Of a stretch of DNA of 64,000 nucleotides, positions 56,037 to 64,000 are shown in pieces. Each line of letters opens with the position of its first letter. The stretch's first letter is position 1. Below the pieces are notes generated by a model that was given only the letters and a program-made list of their open reading frames with translations, was not told the DNA's origin and searched no databases. Made by a program: the position numbers and the translations under genes. Source of the DNA: an uncultured Syntrophus sp. (GTDB lineage Bacteria; Desulfobacterota; Syntrophia; Syntrophales; UBA8958); the NCBI GenBank assembly GCA_964571695.1, contig CAZNDG010000003.1:15261-79260 (forward strand), written 5' to 3'.

Positions 56037-57171
56037 CGCAACGGTTGCAGAACAACGAGTTGGGAAGATTTTCCGTTCCGCACTGGGGGCATTTTTTCGG
56101 CTCGGGTTTCCGTTCCGCCGGACTGCCGCATTGGGGGCAGAACCTGGCGTTGGCCGGCAGATTCTTCCCGCAGGCCCCGCACTGCCGGATGATGAGGAGC
56201 TGGTGGCCGCAATAGGGGCAGAATCTTGCCTCCCGAGGTACGGACTGGCGGCAGTCCGGACATTGGGAGGCGGTCTCGCCGCCGGTCCCGGGCGCGCCGC
56301 CACCGCTTACCGCCGCGCCCGGGGAAGAACGCCAGGCCTCGGCGAACATGGCGGGCATCATGAAGCCCATCCCCATCCCCAGGGCGGATCCCGTTTCCCC
56401 CTGGTTCAGGGAGGCGTTTTCCAGGGCCATGGCGGCCTTCATCTTCAGCAGCTTGTTGAGGTCGTCGAAGACCCCCAGCTTGCTCTTGTCGTCGATGGCC
56501 TTCTGCACCTCCGGCGGCGGGGTTATGGAGTTGATGTACAGCGAGGTCAACCCCAGTCCGAACTGGCTGAAGTCCTTTACCAGCGCCTCTTGCAGCCCCG
56601 CGGCCAGTTCGTTGTACCGGGCGGGGAGGTTGAAGATCGTGTCGATCTTTTCCCCCAGGAAATCATTCAGACGGGAGACGATGACGCGGTTCAGATATTC
56701 GGCGATTTCCTCGGTCGTATAGACACCCTGGGTGCCCACGAGGCTGTTTATCAACAGGACGGGCTGGAGGATGCGGATGTTGAACACCCCGAAGGCCCGG
56801 AGGCGGATCAGCCCCAGTTCGCTGTCCCGGAAGGCCACCGGGTCCCGAGTTCCCCAGGTGAGGTTGGGAAATACCTTCATGTTGGCGAAATAGACCTCCG
56901 CCCGCAGGGGGCTGGTCATCGCCCAGGGGATGCTGAGGACCTTGGTGAGGATGGGGATGTTGGCCGTTCTCAGGGTGTGGCGTCCCGGCCCGAAGGCGTC
57001 GTAGGCCTTGCCTTTGTAAAAGAAAACGGCGGCCTGGCTCTCCCGGACCGTGAGCTGTGCCCCCCATTTGATTTCGCCGGAGCCAGTTTCGGGAATTCTG
57101 TTAATCAACTGTTTGCCCGATTCGTCGAACCATTCGATGACCTCGAGAAAAATGACATTGTTCGTTCCCAT
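56023..57171 (-). CDS. SPFH/band-7-like protein with C-terminal multiple zinc ribbons (Bacillus YdjI / COG4260-like)
   Basis: The ATG at 57171 is preceded by gaaagagg. The N-terminus reads VIFLEVIEWFDESG..WGAQLTVRESQAAVFF.GKA.D.FGPGRH. The C-terminus reads CPDCRQ..FCPYCG..CGACGK..FCPQCG..CPQCGT..FCNRCG. Confidence 0.75.
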   Translation of the reverse strand: MGTNNVIFLEVIEWFDESGKQLINRIPETGSGEIKWGAQLTVRESQAAVFFYKGKAYDAFGPGRHTLRTANIPILTKVLSIPWAMTSPLRAEVYFANMKVFPNLTWGTRDPVAFRDSELGLIRLRAFGVFNIRILQPVLLINSLVGTQGVYTTEEIAEYLNRVIVSRLNDFLGEKIDTIFNLPARYNELAAGLQEALVKDFSQFGLGLTSLYINSITPPPEVQKAIDDKSKLGVFDDLNKLLKMKAAMALENASLNQGETGSALGMGMGFMMPAMFAEAWRSSPGAAVSGGGAPGTGGETASQCPDCRQSVPREARFCPYCGHQLLIIRQCGACGKNLPANARFCPQCGSPAERKPEPKKCPQCGTENLPNSLFCNRCGERI

Positions 57172-57389
57172 GGGGAGCACCTCTTTCCTGTGGGGATGGT
57201 AAAAGCTGTTTCAGTTCTTTCCGCTTCGGAGTCGGACGCGCATGCGATTTTTTTTATAAGGAGAAGGGCGCTCACTGTCAAGGATAAAGCGCGGGCGGAC
57301 AAAACTCAATGAGGTCGGCGGCTTTTCGCTTCACCGCCGCCGGCGCATTTGATTTGAAATATGGAAAGGAATATTATAGGCTTCCATCC

Positions 57390-58808
57390 ATGAAAACTAT
57401 CGAGCATTCCTTTCCCCGCATCTACCGGGGGATGGCCCTCATCGCCGATCCCATTCACCAGTACGCCTGCTTCACCGTTCCGGAGGGAAGCGGCGACGGG
57501 GAAAAGACGGAAAAGGATCTCCTCGACTCCCCCTGGATGCAGCGCCTGCGCCGGATCTACCAGTTGCAGAGCGCCCGCTGGGTATATCCGGCGGCGGAAC
57601 ATACCCGGTTTCAGCATTCCCTGGGGACCATGCATGTGGCCGGAGAATTCGCCCGTTCCCTCTACCCCAGCCTCCGGGAAATCTGCCCGGACCTCCCGTC
57701 GGAAAGATACATCGAAGAGCTGGCACGTATCGCCGGCCTCCTCCATGACGTCGGTCACGGGCCTTACGGGCATTTCTTCGACGACCATTTCCTGGATCGC
57801 TACGGTATCACCCATGAGGACCTGGGCGGGCGGATCATCGTCGAAAAACTGGGCAAGATCATCCGGAAGATGCGCCGTGGCCCCGCTGGCCCCTTCGCCG
57901 ATGGGGAGACCCTGGACCCCCGGAATGTGGCCTATCTCATCAAGATGCCCGGGGGGGTGCGGGAGGGGGCGCCCCGGTGGCTGACCTTCCTCCGCCAGCT
58001 TTTTTCCGGGATCTACACGGTGGACAATCTCGATTACGTGCAGCGCGACGCCTTCATGACCGGCGTATCCCTGGATATGGTGGATATCGCGCGGATCAGA
58101 TATTACTCCTTCTTCACCGATGCCGGCCTGACCCTCCATGAAGCGGGGATCTCCGCCCTGCGCCGTTTCCTGAACGCCCGCCTCAACCTCTATGCGAACG
58201 TCTATTTCCATCGCACCACCCGGGCCCTGGACCTCCACCTCCAGGAGATCTTCCGGGAGACCATGGAACTCCTCTGCCCGGGCGACCCCCGGGAGGATCT
58301 GGAGGCCTACGGACGTCTCGATGAATGGCGGCTCTTCGAGACCGTCCGCCGCTGGACCGAAGGGGAAGACCCCCGCCGCAGGCGTCTCGGTCGGGAGTGG
58401 CAGCGCCTGTACGGCCGGCAGGTGAAATGGAAGATGTCCTATTCCACGGAGATATCGGTGGAAAACGTCCAGAGGGGAACGAGCTTCGCTTCGGCGGGAG
58501 ATTACGAGGAGCAGATACGCCGCCGTCTGCCGAGATCCCTGCGTAAAATCGCCCTCCGGGTGGATCTGGCCACCCAGGACCCCCGGCCCATCAATCCCAT
58601 GGTCCAGACGGACAAGCAGATCAACGTCTTCAACCCGGCCCTGGGCAAGACATCCCAGGAGCCCCTGCGGGACATCTACCGGTTCATTCCCGCCCGGATC
58701 GTTCACTTCCGGGTCTTTACCATGAATCATGAGCATGACGCCGCGGTCGCCGCCGCGGCGGAGCAGTCCCTGGAGAATCCCCGCGCGGCATCGCGGACGA
58801 ATATATGA
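57390..58808 (+). CDS. HD-domain phosphohydrolase, dGTPase/SAMHD1-like dNTP triphosphohydrolase family
   Basis: I chose the ATG at 57390 (MKTIEHSF..). RFQHSLGTMHVAGEF and LLHDVGHGPYGHFFD are the HD motifs. YVQRDAFMTG is also present. Confidence 0.8.
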   Translation: MKTIEHSFPRIYRGMALIADPIHQYACFTVPEGSGDGEKTEKDLLDSPWMQRLRRIYQLQSARWVYPAAEHTRFQHSLGTMHVAGEFARSLYPSLREICPDLPSERYIEELARIAGLLHDVGHGPYGHFFDDHFLDRYGITHEDLGGRIIVEKLGKIIRKMRRGPAGPFADGETLDPRNVAYLIKMPGGVREGAPRWLTFLRQLFSGIYTVDNLDYVQRDAFMTGVSLDMVDIARIRYYSFFTDAGLTLHEAGISALRRFLNARLNLYANVYFHRTTRALDLHLQEIFRETMELLCPGDPREDLEAYGRLDEWRLFETVRRWTEGEDPRRRRLGREWQRLYGRQVKWKMSYSTEISVENVQRGTSFASAGDYEEQIRRRLPRSLRKIALRVDLATQDPRPINPMVQTDKQINVFNPALGKTSQEPLRDIYRFIPARIVHFRVFTMNHEHDAAVAAAAEQSLENPRAASRTNI

Positions 58809-58815
58809 GCGGATC

Positions 58816-60885
58816 ATGATGGTGAAGATACCGATGCCGGAAACGACCGATATGACCCTCTTCGTCCGGTCCAAGGGCGAGGAGGTGGACCGCTGGAACC
58901 GCCGGCGCATCGTTGACGCCTTGATCCGGGAAACGGGGATCGACGTCGCGACGGCGGAGGCGGTGAGCATCGATGTGGAGAAAGGCCTCTTTGCCTCCGG
59001 GGTCTCGGTGCTGACGACCTCCCTGATCCGGGAACTCGTGGATGCGAAACTCGTGGAACGGGGGCTGGAGAAGGCCCGCCGGATGCACGCCCGCCTCGGC
59101 TTTCCCCTTTATGACGTCGATCAGCTCATCCTCCACCACAACAAGGAAGACGCCAACGTCCCGCACGGGCCGGAAGGGACGAATCTGGTTCTGGCCCAGG
59201 GGATCAAACGGGAATACGCCCTGTACAGCATCTTCACCCAGGAGGTCGGCGACGCCCACATCCTGGGTGATTTTCACATCCACGGCCTGGGATTTGTGGA
59301 CCGTCCCTTCTCGGGCTGCCAGAATCTGGAATACCTGAAGAGATTCGGACTCAATCTGCCCCGCTCCCTGAATGTCGCCAAACCCGCCAAGCACGCCGAG
59401 GTGCTGCTGGCCCACATGGTACGATTCGGAGCCGTCCTGCAAGGCTATTTCGCCGGCGTCATCAGTTGGAACTTCGTCAACCTGTCTTTCGCCCCTTACC
59501 TGGCCGGCATGTCCGACCGGGAGGTGCGGCAGTTCGCCCAGATGCTCGTTTACGAGTTTTCCCAACTGACGGCGGCCCGGGGCGGGCAGGCCATGTTCAC
59601 CGACATCCATCTCTTCTGGGAGGTCCCCGAGCCGCTGCGGGATTTGCCCATGATCGGGCCGGGGGGGGCGCCCACGGGGAGGGCCTGCGGGGATTACGAA
59701 AGCGAGGCGCAGCGTCTGGCCCGGGCCCTCTGCGAGGTATTCCAAAAAGGGGACGGTATGGGCAAGCCCTTTATCTTTCCCCGTCCGGTGGTGCACATCA
59801 CCCCCCGCTTTTTTGCCGCCCCCGGGCATGAGGAGTTTCTCCTTCAGGTCTGCGCGGTTGCCGCCGACAAGGGCAATCCCTGCTTCGTCCTGGAAAGGGA
59901 AGGGGATGTTTATGGGCTGGGGGGGCTGGGGATACCGGCGGCGCCGGAAGATGCCGCCGCCCCCTGGCGACAGCGCGTGGCGGCCATTCAGAACATCAGC
60001 ATCAACCTTCCGCGCCTGGGCTACCGGGCCACCGGAGACGAAAAGGAGCTCTTCTCTCATCTGGAGACCCTCATGGATCTCGCCGCCCAGGCCCATGCCC
60101 AGAAGCGGACGTTTCTGGAAAGATTGCTTTCCTATGGCGATCAGGGTCCTCTGTCCCTGCTGGCCATGAATCTTGACGGCGCCCCCTATCTGCGGCGGGA
60201 ACGGTCCGCGTATCTCCTGGGAATGGTGGGCCTGAACGAACTGGTGCGGGTCATGACGGGAAAATCCCTCCATGAATCGCCGGCGGCGGAGGAATTCGGA
60301 CTCCGGGTGATCGCCTTTATGGCCGGGCAGGCCAAGGCCTTGAGCGCCCGTTACGACCTTAACCTGGTCCTGGACCAGCCCCATGCCGAAACGACGGCGC
60401 ATCGCTTCGCCCGCCTGGACCTCCGCTATTTTTCCCCTCCCGCGGGACGCCATGTGCGGGGCGATATCACGGCGGGGTCGCTCTACTACACGAATTCCAC
60501 CCATCTGCCCGTTTCCGCCCCCCTGAAGCCCGCGGAACGTATCCGCCGGGAAGGGAAATTCCACCCTCTGATCGGGGCTGGCGCCGCCGTCCAGATCTGG
60601 CTGGGGGAAAAGCCGGCGCCTCCGTCCGAACTGGCGGAACTGCTCACCTGGGCCTATCGGGATACCTCCTGCCGACAGCTCATCTTTTCCCCGGAGTTTA
60701 CCGCCTGCCGGGATTGCGGCGGCACCTTTCCGGGCCTCAAGTCGCGGTGCGACCGGTGTTCCTCCGCTCATGTGGACGGGATCGCCAAGATCACCCAGTA
60801 TTACAGCCGGGTTGCGGACTGGAACAAGGGCAAAATCGCCGAACTGGGGGACCGCCGCCGCCACGAACAATTTGACTTTCCCTGA
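58816..60885 (+). CDS. nrdD: Anaerobic (class III) ribonucleotide reductase NrdD-like protein with Gln at the glycyl-radical position
   Basis: I chose the ATG at 58816. An N-terminal ATP-cone is present (VDRWNRRRIVDALIRETG..). The core contains GDFHIHGLG. The C-terminal Zn site reads CRDCGG..CDRCSS. The tail reads IAKITQYYSRVADWNKGKIAELGDRR, where canonical NrdD proteins have ..GYY....WN.GK. Confidence 0.7.
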   Translation: MMVKIPMPETTDMTLFVRSKGEEVDRWNRRRIVDALIRETGIDVATAEAVSIDVEKGLFASGVSVLTTSLIRELVDAKLVERGLEKARRMHARLGFPLYDVDQLILHHNKEDANVPHGPEGTNLVLAQGIKREYALYSIFTQEVGDAHILGDFHIHGLGFVDRPFSGCQNLEYLKRFGLNLPRSLNVAKPAKHAEVLLAHMVRFGAVLQGYFAGVISWNFVNLSFAPYLAGMSDREVRQFAQMLVYEFSQLTAARGGQAMFTDIHLFWEVPEPLRDLPMIGPGGAPTGRACGDYESEAQRLARALCEVFQKGDGMGKPFIFPRPVVHITPRFFAAPGHEEFLLQVCAVAADKGNPCFVLEREGDVYGLGGLGIPAAPEDAAAPWRQRVAAIQNISINLPRLGYRATGDEKELFSHLETLMDLAAQAHAQKRTFLERLLSYGDQGPLSLLAMNLDGAPYLRRERSAYLLGMVGLNELVRVMTGKSLHESPAAEEFGLRVIAFMAGQAKALSARYDLNLVLDQPHAETTAHRFARLDLRYFSPPAGRHVRGDITAGSLYYTNSTHLPVSAPLKPAERIRREGKFHPLIGAGAAVQIWLGEKPAPPSELAELLTWAYRDTSCRQLIFSPEFTACRDCGGTFPGLKSRCDRCSSAHVDGIAKITQYYSRVADWNKGKIAELGDRRRHEQFDFP

Positions 60886-60971
60886 TCGCCTTCACGAGAA
60901 TCGTCCTGACGGCCTTGACACCGGGAGGCGCGATAAATATATTAGCGCCGCTTTGTGAAGGAAGGACGGAT

Positions 60972-61556
60972 ATGGAAGACCTCATCGTCAAAATATTCAA
61001 AGACAGCAGCCGGTTGCAGGAAAGCTTCGTCAACGACAACCTCTCCGGCATCGTCCGGGTCGTAGAGATGATGACCGTGGCGTTGAAGGCGGGCAACAAG
61101 ATCATGATCTTCGGTAACGGGGGCAGCGCCGCGGACGCCCAGCATCTGGCGGCGGAGTTCGTGAACCGTTTCCTTATCGAACGGCCGCCCCTGCCGGCCA
61201 TCGCCTTGAGCACCGACACTTCCATTATCACCAGCATCGGCAACGATTATGATTTTTCCGAGATCTTCAGCAAGCAGATCCGGGCCCTGGGCCAGACCGG
61301 CGACGTCGCCTGGGGGATCAGCACCAGCGGCAGGTCGCGGAATGTTTATAAGGGTCTGGAACAGGCAAAGAAAATGGGATTGACGACCTTCGCCCTGACG
61401 GGAAAGGACGGCGGCGACATCGCGGGGATCGCCGACTACAACCTCAATGTGGCTTCCGAAAGCACCCCGCGGATCCAGGAGGTCCATATCACCCTGGGAC
61501 ACGTCCTCTGCCAGATGGTGGATCTCAAGCTCTTCCAGCGTCCGGATCTGAAATGA
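60972..61556 (+). CDS. gmhA: SIS-domain phosphoheptose isomerase (GmhA/DiaA family)
   Basis: The protein contains KIMIFGNGGSAADAQHLAAEF, GISTSGRSRNV and EVHITLGHVLC. Confidence 0.8.
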   Translation: MEDLIVKIFKDSSRLQESFVNDNLSGIVRVVEMMTVALKAGNKIMIFGNGGSAADAQHLAAEFVNRFLIERPPLPAIALSTDTSIITSIGNDYDFSEIFSKQIRALGQTGDVAWGISTSGRSRNVYKGLEQAKKMGLTTFALTGKDGGDIAGIADYNLNVASESTPRIQEVHITLGHVLCQMVDLKLFQRPDLK

Positions 61557-61583
61557 AGTTTAAGTTATGAAAATGGTTCGATC

Positions 61584-62177
61584 ATGGTGAAAAAGACAAG
61601 AAAAGAGATTAATCCTCAGCAGGACGTCCGGGAGACGGGCGCTGCGGAGACCGGAGAAGAGACGACGGGGACGGCGCCGGAGGATCTCCAGGCGTCGCCG
61701 GTGGACCGGGAACTGGAGGAAAAGACGCGGGAATGCGCGGAGAACTACGACAGATACCTGCGCGCCGTGGCGGAACTGGATAATTACCGGAAACGGGCGG
61801 CAAAGGAGAAGGCCGAGGCCATCAAATACGGCAACGAAAGCCTGATCCGGGAGCTGCTGCCCCTAACGGACAGCCTGGAGCGGGCCTTGCAGCATGCCGA
61901 TAAATCCAATGATTTCGAATCCTTCAAAAAGGGATTGGGGATGCTTAAGGATCAGCTCCTCTGCTGTCTGGGCAAACACGGCGTGGAGCCCATCGAGTGC
62001 GCCTGCAAGCAGTTCGACCCGAACTACCACGAGGCCCTCATGCAGGTGACGAGCCGGGAACACGAAAACAATCAGATCGTGGACGAACTGGAAAAAGGAT
62101 ATCTGTTGAACGGCAGATTGTTGCGGCCCGCCAAGGTGACCGTCTGTAAACGGCCCGACGACAACGGGACGTGTTGA
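61584..62177 (+). CDS. grpE: Nucleotide exchange factor GrpE
   Basis: The protein contains RYLRAVAELDNYRKRAAKE, FDPNYHEALMQV and GYLLNGRLLRPAKVTV. Confidence 0.9.
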   Translation: MVKKTRKEINPQQDVRETGAAETGEETTGTAPEDLQASPVDRELEEKTRECAENYDRYLRAVAELDNYRKRAAKEKAEAIKYGNESLIRELLPLTDSLERALQHADKSNDFESFKKGLGMLKDQLLCCLGKHGVEPIECACKQFDPNYHEALMQVTSREHENNQIVDELEKGYLLNGRLLRPAKVTVCKRPDDNGTC

Positions 62178-62212
62178 ACAAGAATCGGGTTAATTAAGGA
62201 GGATATATAATC

Positions 62213-64000
62213 ATGGGAAAAATAATCGGTATTGACTTGGGAACCACCAATTCCTGCGTGGCGGTCATGGAAGGCGGCGACCCGGTGGTAATTGCAAATC
62301 AGGAAGGAAACCGGACGACCCCCTCGGTGGTCGCATTTACGGAAAGCGGCGAAAGACTGGTGGGACAGGTAGCCAGGCGCCAGGCCATTACCAATTCGGA
62401 GAATACCGTATATGCAGTCAAGAGGCTCATCGGCAGAAAGTACAGTGCCAAGGAGGTCCAGTACGACAAGGGCATCAGCTCCTACCGGATCACCGAGGCG
62501 GCCAACGGCGACGCCCAGGTGACCGTGCGGGACCGTAATTACAGCCCGGCGGAGATCTCCTCCATGGTCCTGGTAAAGATGAAACAGACGGCGGAGGACT
62601 ACCTGGGAGAAAAGATTACCGACGCGGTGATCACCGTTCCGGCCTATTTCAACGATTCCCAGCGTCAGGCCACCAAGGACGCGGGGAGGATCGCCGGCCT
62701 CAACGTCCGGCGGATCATCAACGAACCTACGGCGGCGGCCCTAGCCTATGGTCTGGATAAGAAAAAAGAGGGCAAAATCGCCGTCTTCGATTTGGGCGGC
62801 GGCACCTTCGATATTTCCATCCTCGAGATCGGCGACGGGGTATTCGAGGTCAAGTCCACCAACGGCGACACCCATCTGGGCGGCGAGGATTTCGATCAGC
62901 GGCTCATCGACTTTTTGGCTACGGAATTCAAGAAGGATCAGGGCATCGACATCCGGAGCGATCGGATGGCCCTCCAGCGCCTTAAGGAGGCGGCGGAGAA
63001 GGCAAAGATCGAGCTCTCGACGGCCATGGAGACGGACATCAATCTCCCCTTCATCACCGCCGACGCCTCCGGTCCCAAGCACATGAATATCAAGCTGACC
63101 CGGGCGAAACTGGAAGCGCTGGTGGAGGAGCTCATCGCCAAGGTGGAGGCCCCCTGCCGAATGGCGATGCGGGACGCCAATCTTTCTCCCCAGGACATCA
63201 ATGAGGTGATCCTCGTGGGCGGGATGACGCGGATGCCCCGGGTGCAGCAGAAGGTCAAGGAAATCTTCGGCAAGGAGCCCAGCAAGGGAGTAAATCCCGA
63301 TGAGGTCGTGTCCGTCGGCGCCGCGATTCAGGGTGGTGTCCTGGCCGGGGATGTCAAGGATGTCCTCCTCCTCGACGTGACGCCGCTGTCGCTGGGGATC
63401 GAAACCCTGGGCGGGGTGATGACGAAACTCATCGAGAAGAACACCACCATTCCCACCCGGAAGAGCCAGATATTTTCCACGGCGGCGGACAATCAGCCGG
63501 CGGTGAGCATCCACGTCCTGCAGGGCGAACGGCCCATGGCGGCGGACAACCGTACCCTGGGTCGTTTCGAACTCGTCGGGATTCCCCCGGCGCCCCGGGG
63601 GCTGCCCCAGATCGAGGTGACCTTCGACATCGACGCCAACGGCATCGTCCATGTTTCGGCGAAGGACCTGGGCACCGGTAAGGAGCAGAGCATCAAGATC
63701 ACCGCCTCCAGCGGCCTTTCGGAGGAAGAGATCCAGAAGCTCGTCAAGGATGCGGAGGCCCATGCCGATGAAGACAAGCGGAAGCGCGATCTCGTCGAGG
63801 CCCGAAACCATGCCGATTCCTTTGTGTACAGCGTGGAAAAGAACATCAAGGAATTCGGCGACAAGATCGACGCCGCGGAAAAGGCGAAGATTGAGGATGC
63901 CATGGCCAAGGTGCGGAAGTCCATCGAAGGAGACGATCTCGAGGCCATCAAAAAGGCCCAGGAGGAACTGACCACCGCCTCCCATAAACTGGCCGAGGCC
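62213..64000 (+). CDS. dnaK: Molecular chaperone DnaK (Hsp70); 3' end runs off the window
   Basis: Absent from the ORF track because there is no stop within the window. aaggagg lies upstream of the ATG at 62213. The protein starts [22 protein letters not shown] and contains DLGGGTFD. The frame is still open at 64000 (...ASHKLAEA). Confidence 0.95.
   Translation, partial: MGKIIGIDLGTTNSCVAVMEGGDPVVIANQEGNRTTPSVVAFTESGERLVGQVARRQAITNSENTVYAVKRLIGRKYSAKEVQYDKGISSYRITEAANGDAQVTVRDRNYSPAEISSMVLVKMKQTAEDYLGEKITDAVITVPAYFNDSQRQATKDAGRIAGLNVRRIINEPTAAALAYGLDKKKEGKIAVFDLGGGTFDISILEIGDGVFEVKSTNGDTHLGGEDFDQRLIDFLATEFKKDQGIDIRSDRMALQRLKEAAEKAKIELSTAMETDINLPFITADASGPKHMNIKLTRAKLEALVEELIAKVEAPCRMAMRDANLSPQDINEVILVGGMTRMPRVQQKVKEIFGKEPSKGVNPDEVVSVGAAIQGGVLAGDVKDVLLLDVTPLSLGIETLGGVMTKLIEKNTTIPTRKSQIFSTAADNQPAVSIHVLQGERPMAADNRTLGRFELVGIPPAPRGLPQIEVTFDIDANGIVHVSAKDLGTGKEQSIKITASSGLSEEEIQKLVKDAEAHADEDKRKRDLVEARNHADSFVYSVEKNIKEFGDKIDAAEKAKIEDAMAKVRKSIEGDDLEAIKKAQEELTTASHKLAEA

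Noticed and set aside
56037-56303. The N-terminal extension of ORF 54816..56303
   Set aside because: It is P/R/S/A-rich and fully overlaps the zinc-ribbon tail of the SPFH gene. A GTG at 56036 gives a compact, overlapping, operon-style start.
57306-60870. Minus-strand ORFs 57306..58970 (554 aa) and 58717..60870 (717 aa)
   Set aside because: They are antisense to the HD-domain and NrdD-like genes, whose plus-strand frames have unambiguous family motifs.
62741-63985. The 414-aa minus-strand ORF
   Set aside because: It is antisense to dnaK, whose plus-strand frame is unmistakable but missing from the ORF track because it has no stop in the window.

Overview
This is a high-GC (roughly 60%) bacterial chromosomal window. 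Its gene content suggests an anaerobe, by inference Desulfobacterota/Deltaproteobacteria-like: class III RNR-like gene, ADP-forming acetyl-CoA synthetase, many PAS sensors, HD-GYP. The left 27 kb is the unusual part. It holds two paralogous two-gene modules, each a TPR + outer-membrane beta-barrel protein followed by a giant secreted protein (2099 aa and about 3329 aa). The giants have a signal peptide, an N-terminal FecR domain, charged and low-complexity linkers, large G/Y/W-rich super-repeats I cannot assign to a known family, and a shared C-terminal domain. The modules lie on opposite strands around, and inside, an OleABCD-like lipid/hydrocarbon cluster. That cluster reads oleA, a catalytically dead oleA-like partner, oleB and oleC, then the 12.4-kb module plus skp, then oleD. 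A C10 cysteine protease sits at the left edge. Perfect TGTGA-N6-TCACA palindromes precede both modules. The larger giant gene contains a 100% identical 735-bp internal duplication inside a codon-usage island. I propose this as a candidate undescribed envelope export or surface-fibre system, possibly Slam/DUF560 (type XI)-like, but I could not verify that here. The remaining 37 kb holds CoA metabolism genes, a B12/radical-SAM gene, a dense PAS/LuxR/two-component block and a bacterial dynamin-like GTPase. It also holds an SPFH/zinc-ribbon/ParA operon, an HD dNTPase-like gene, an NrdD-like gene with Gln at the glycyl-radical position, and gmhA-grpE-dnaK. Non-coding highlights are a fluoride riboswitch with terminator in front of a decayed enolase gene, three copies of a 163-bp MITE-like element (one with a perfect 10-bp target-site duplication), and a second 58-bp repeat family. 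I saw no rRNA, tRNA or CRISPR array.
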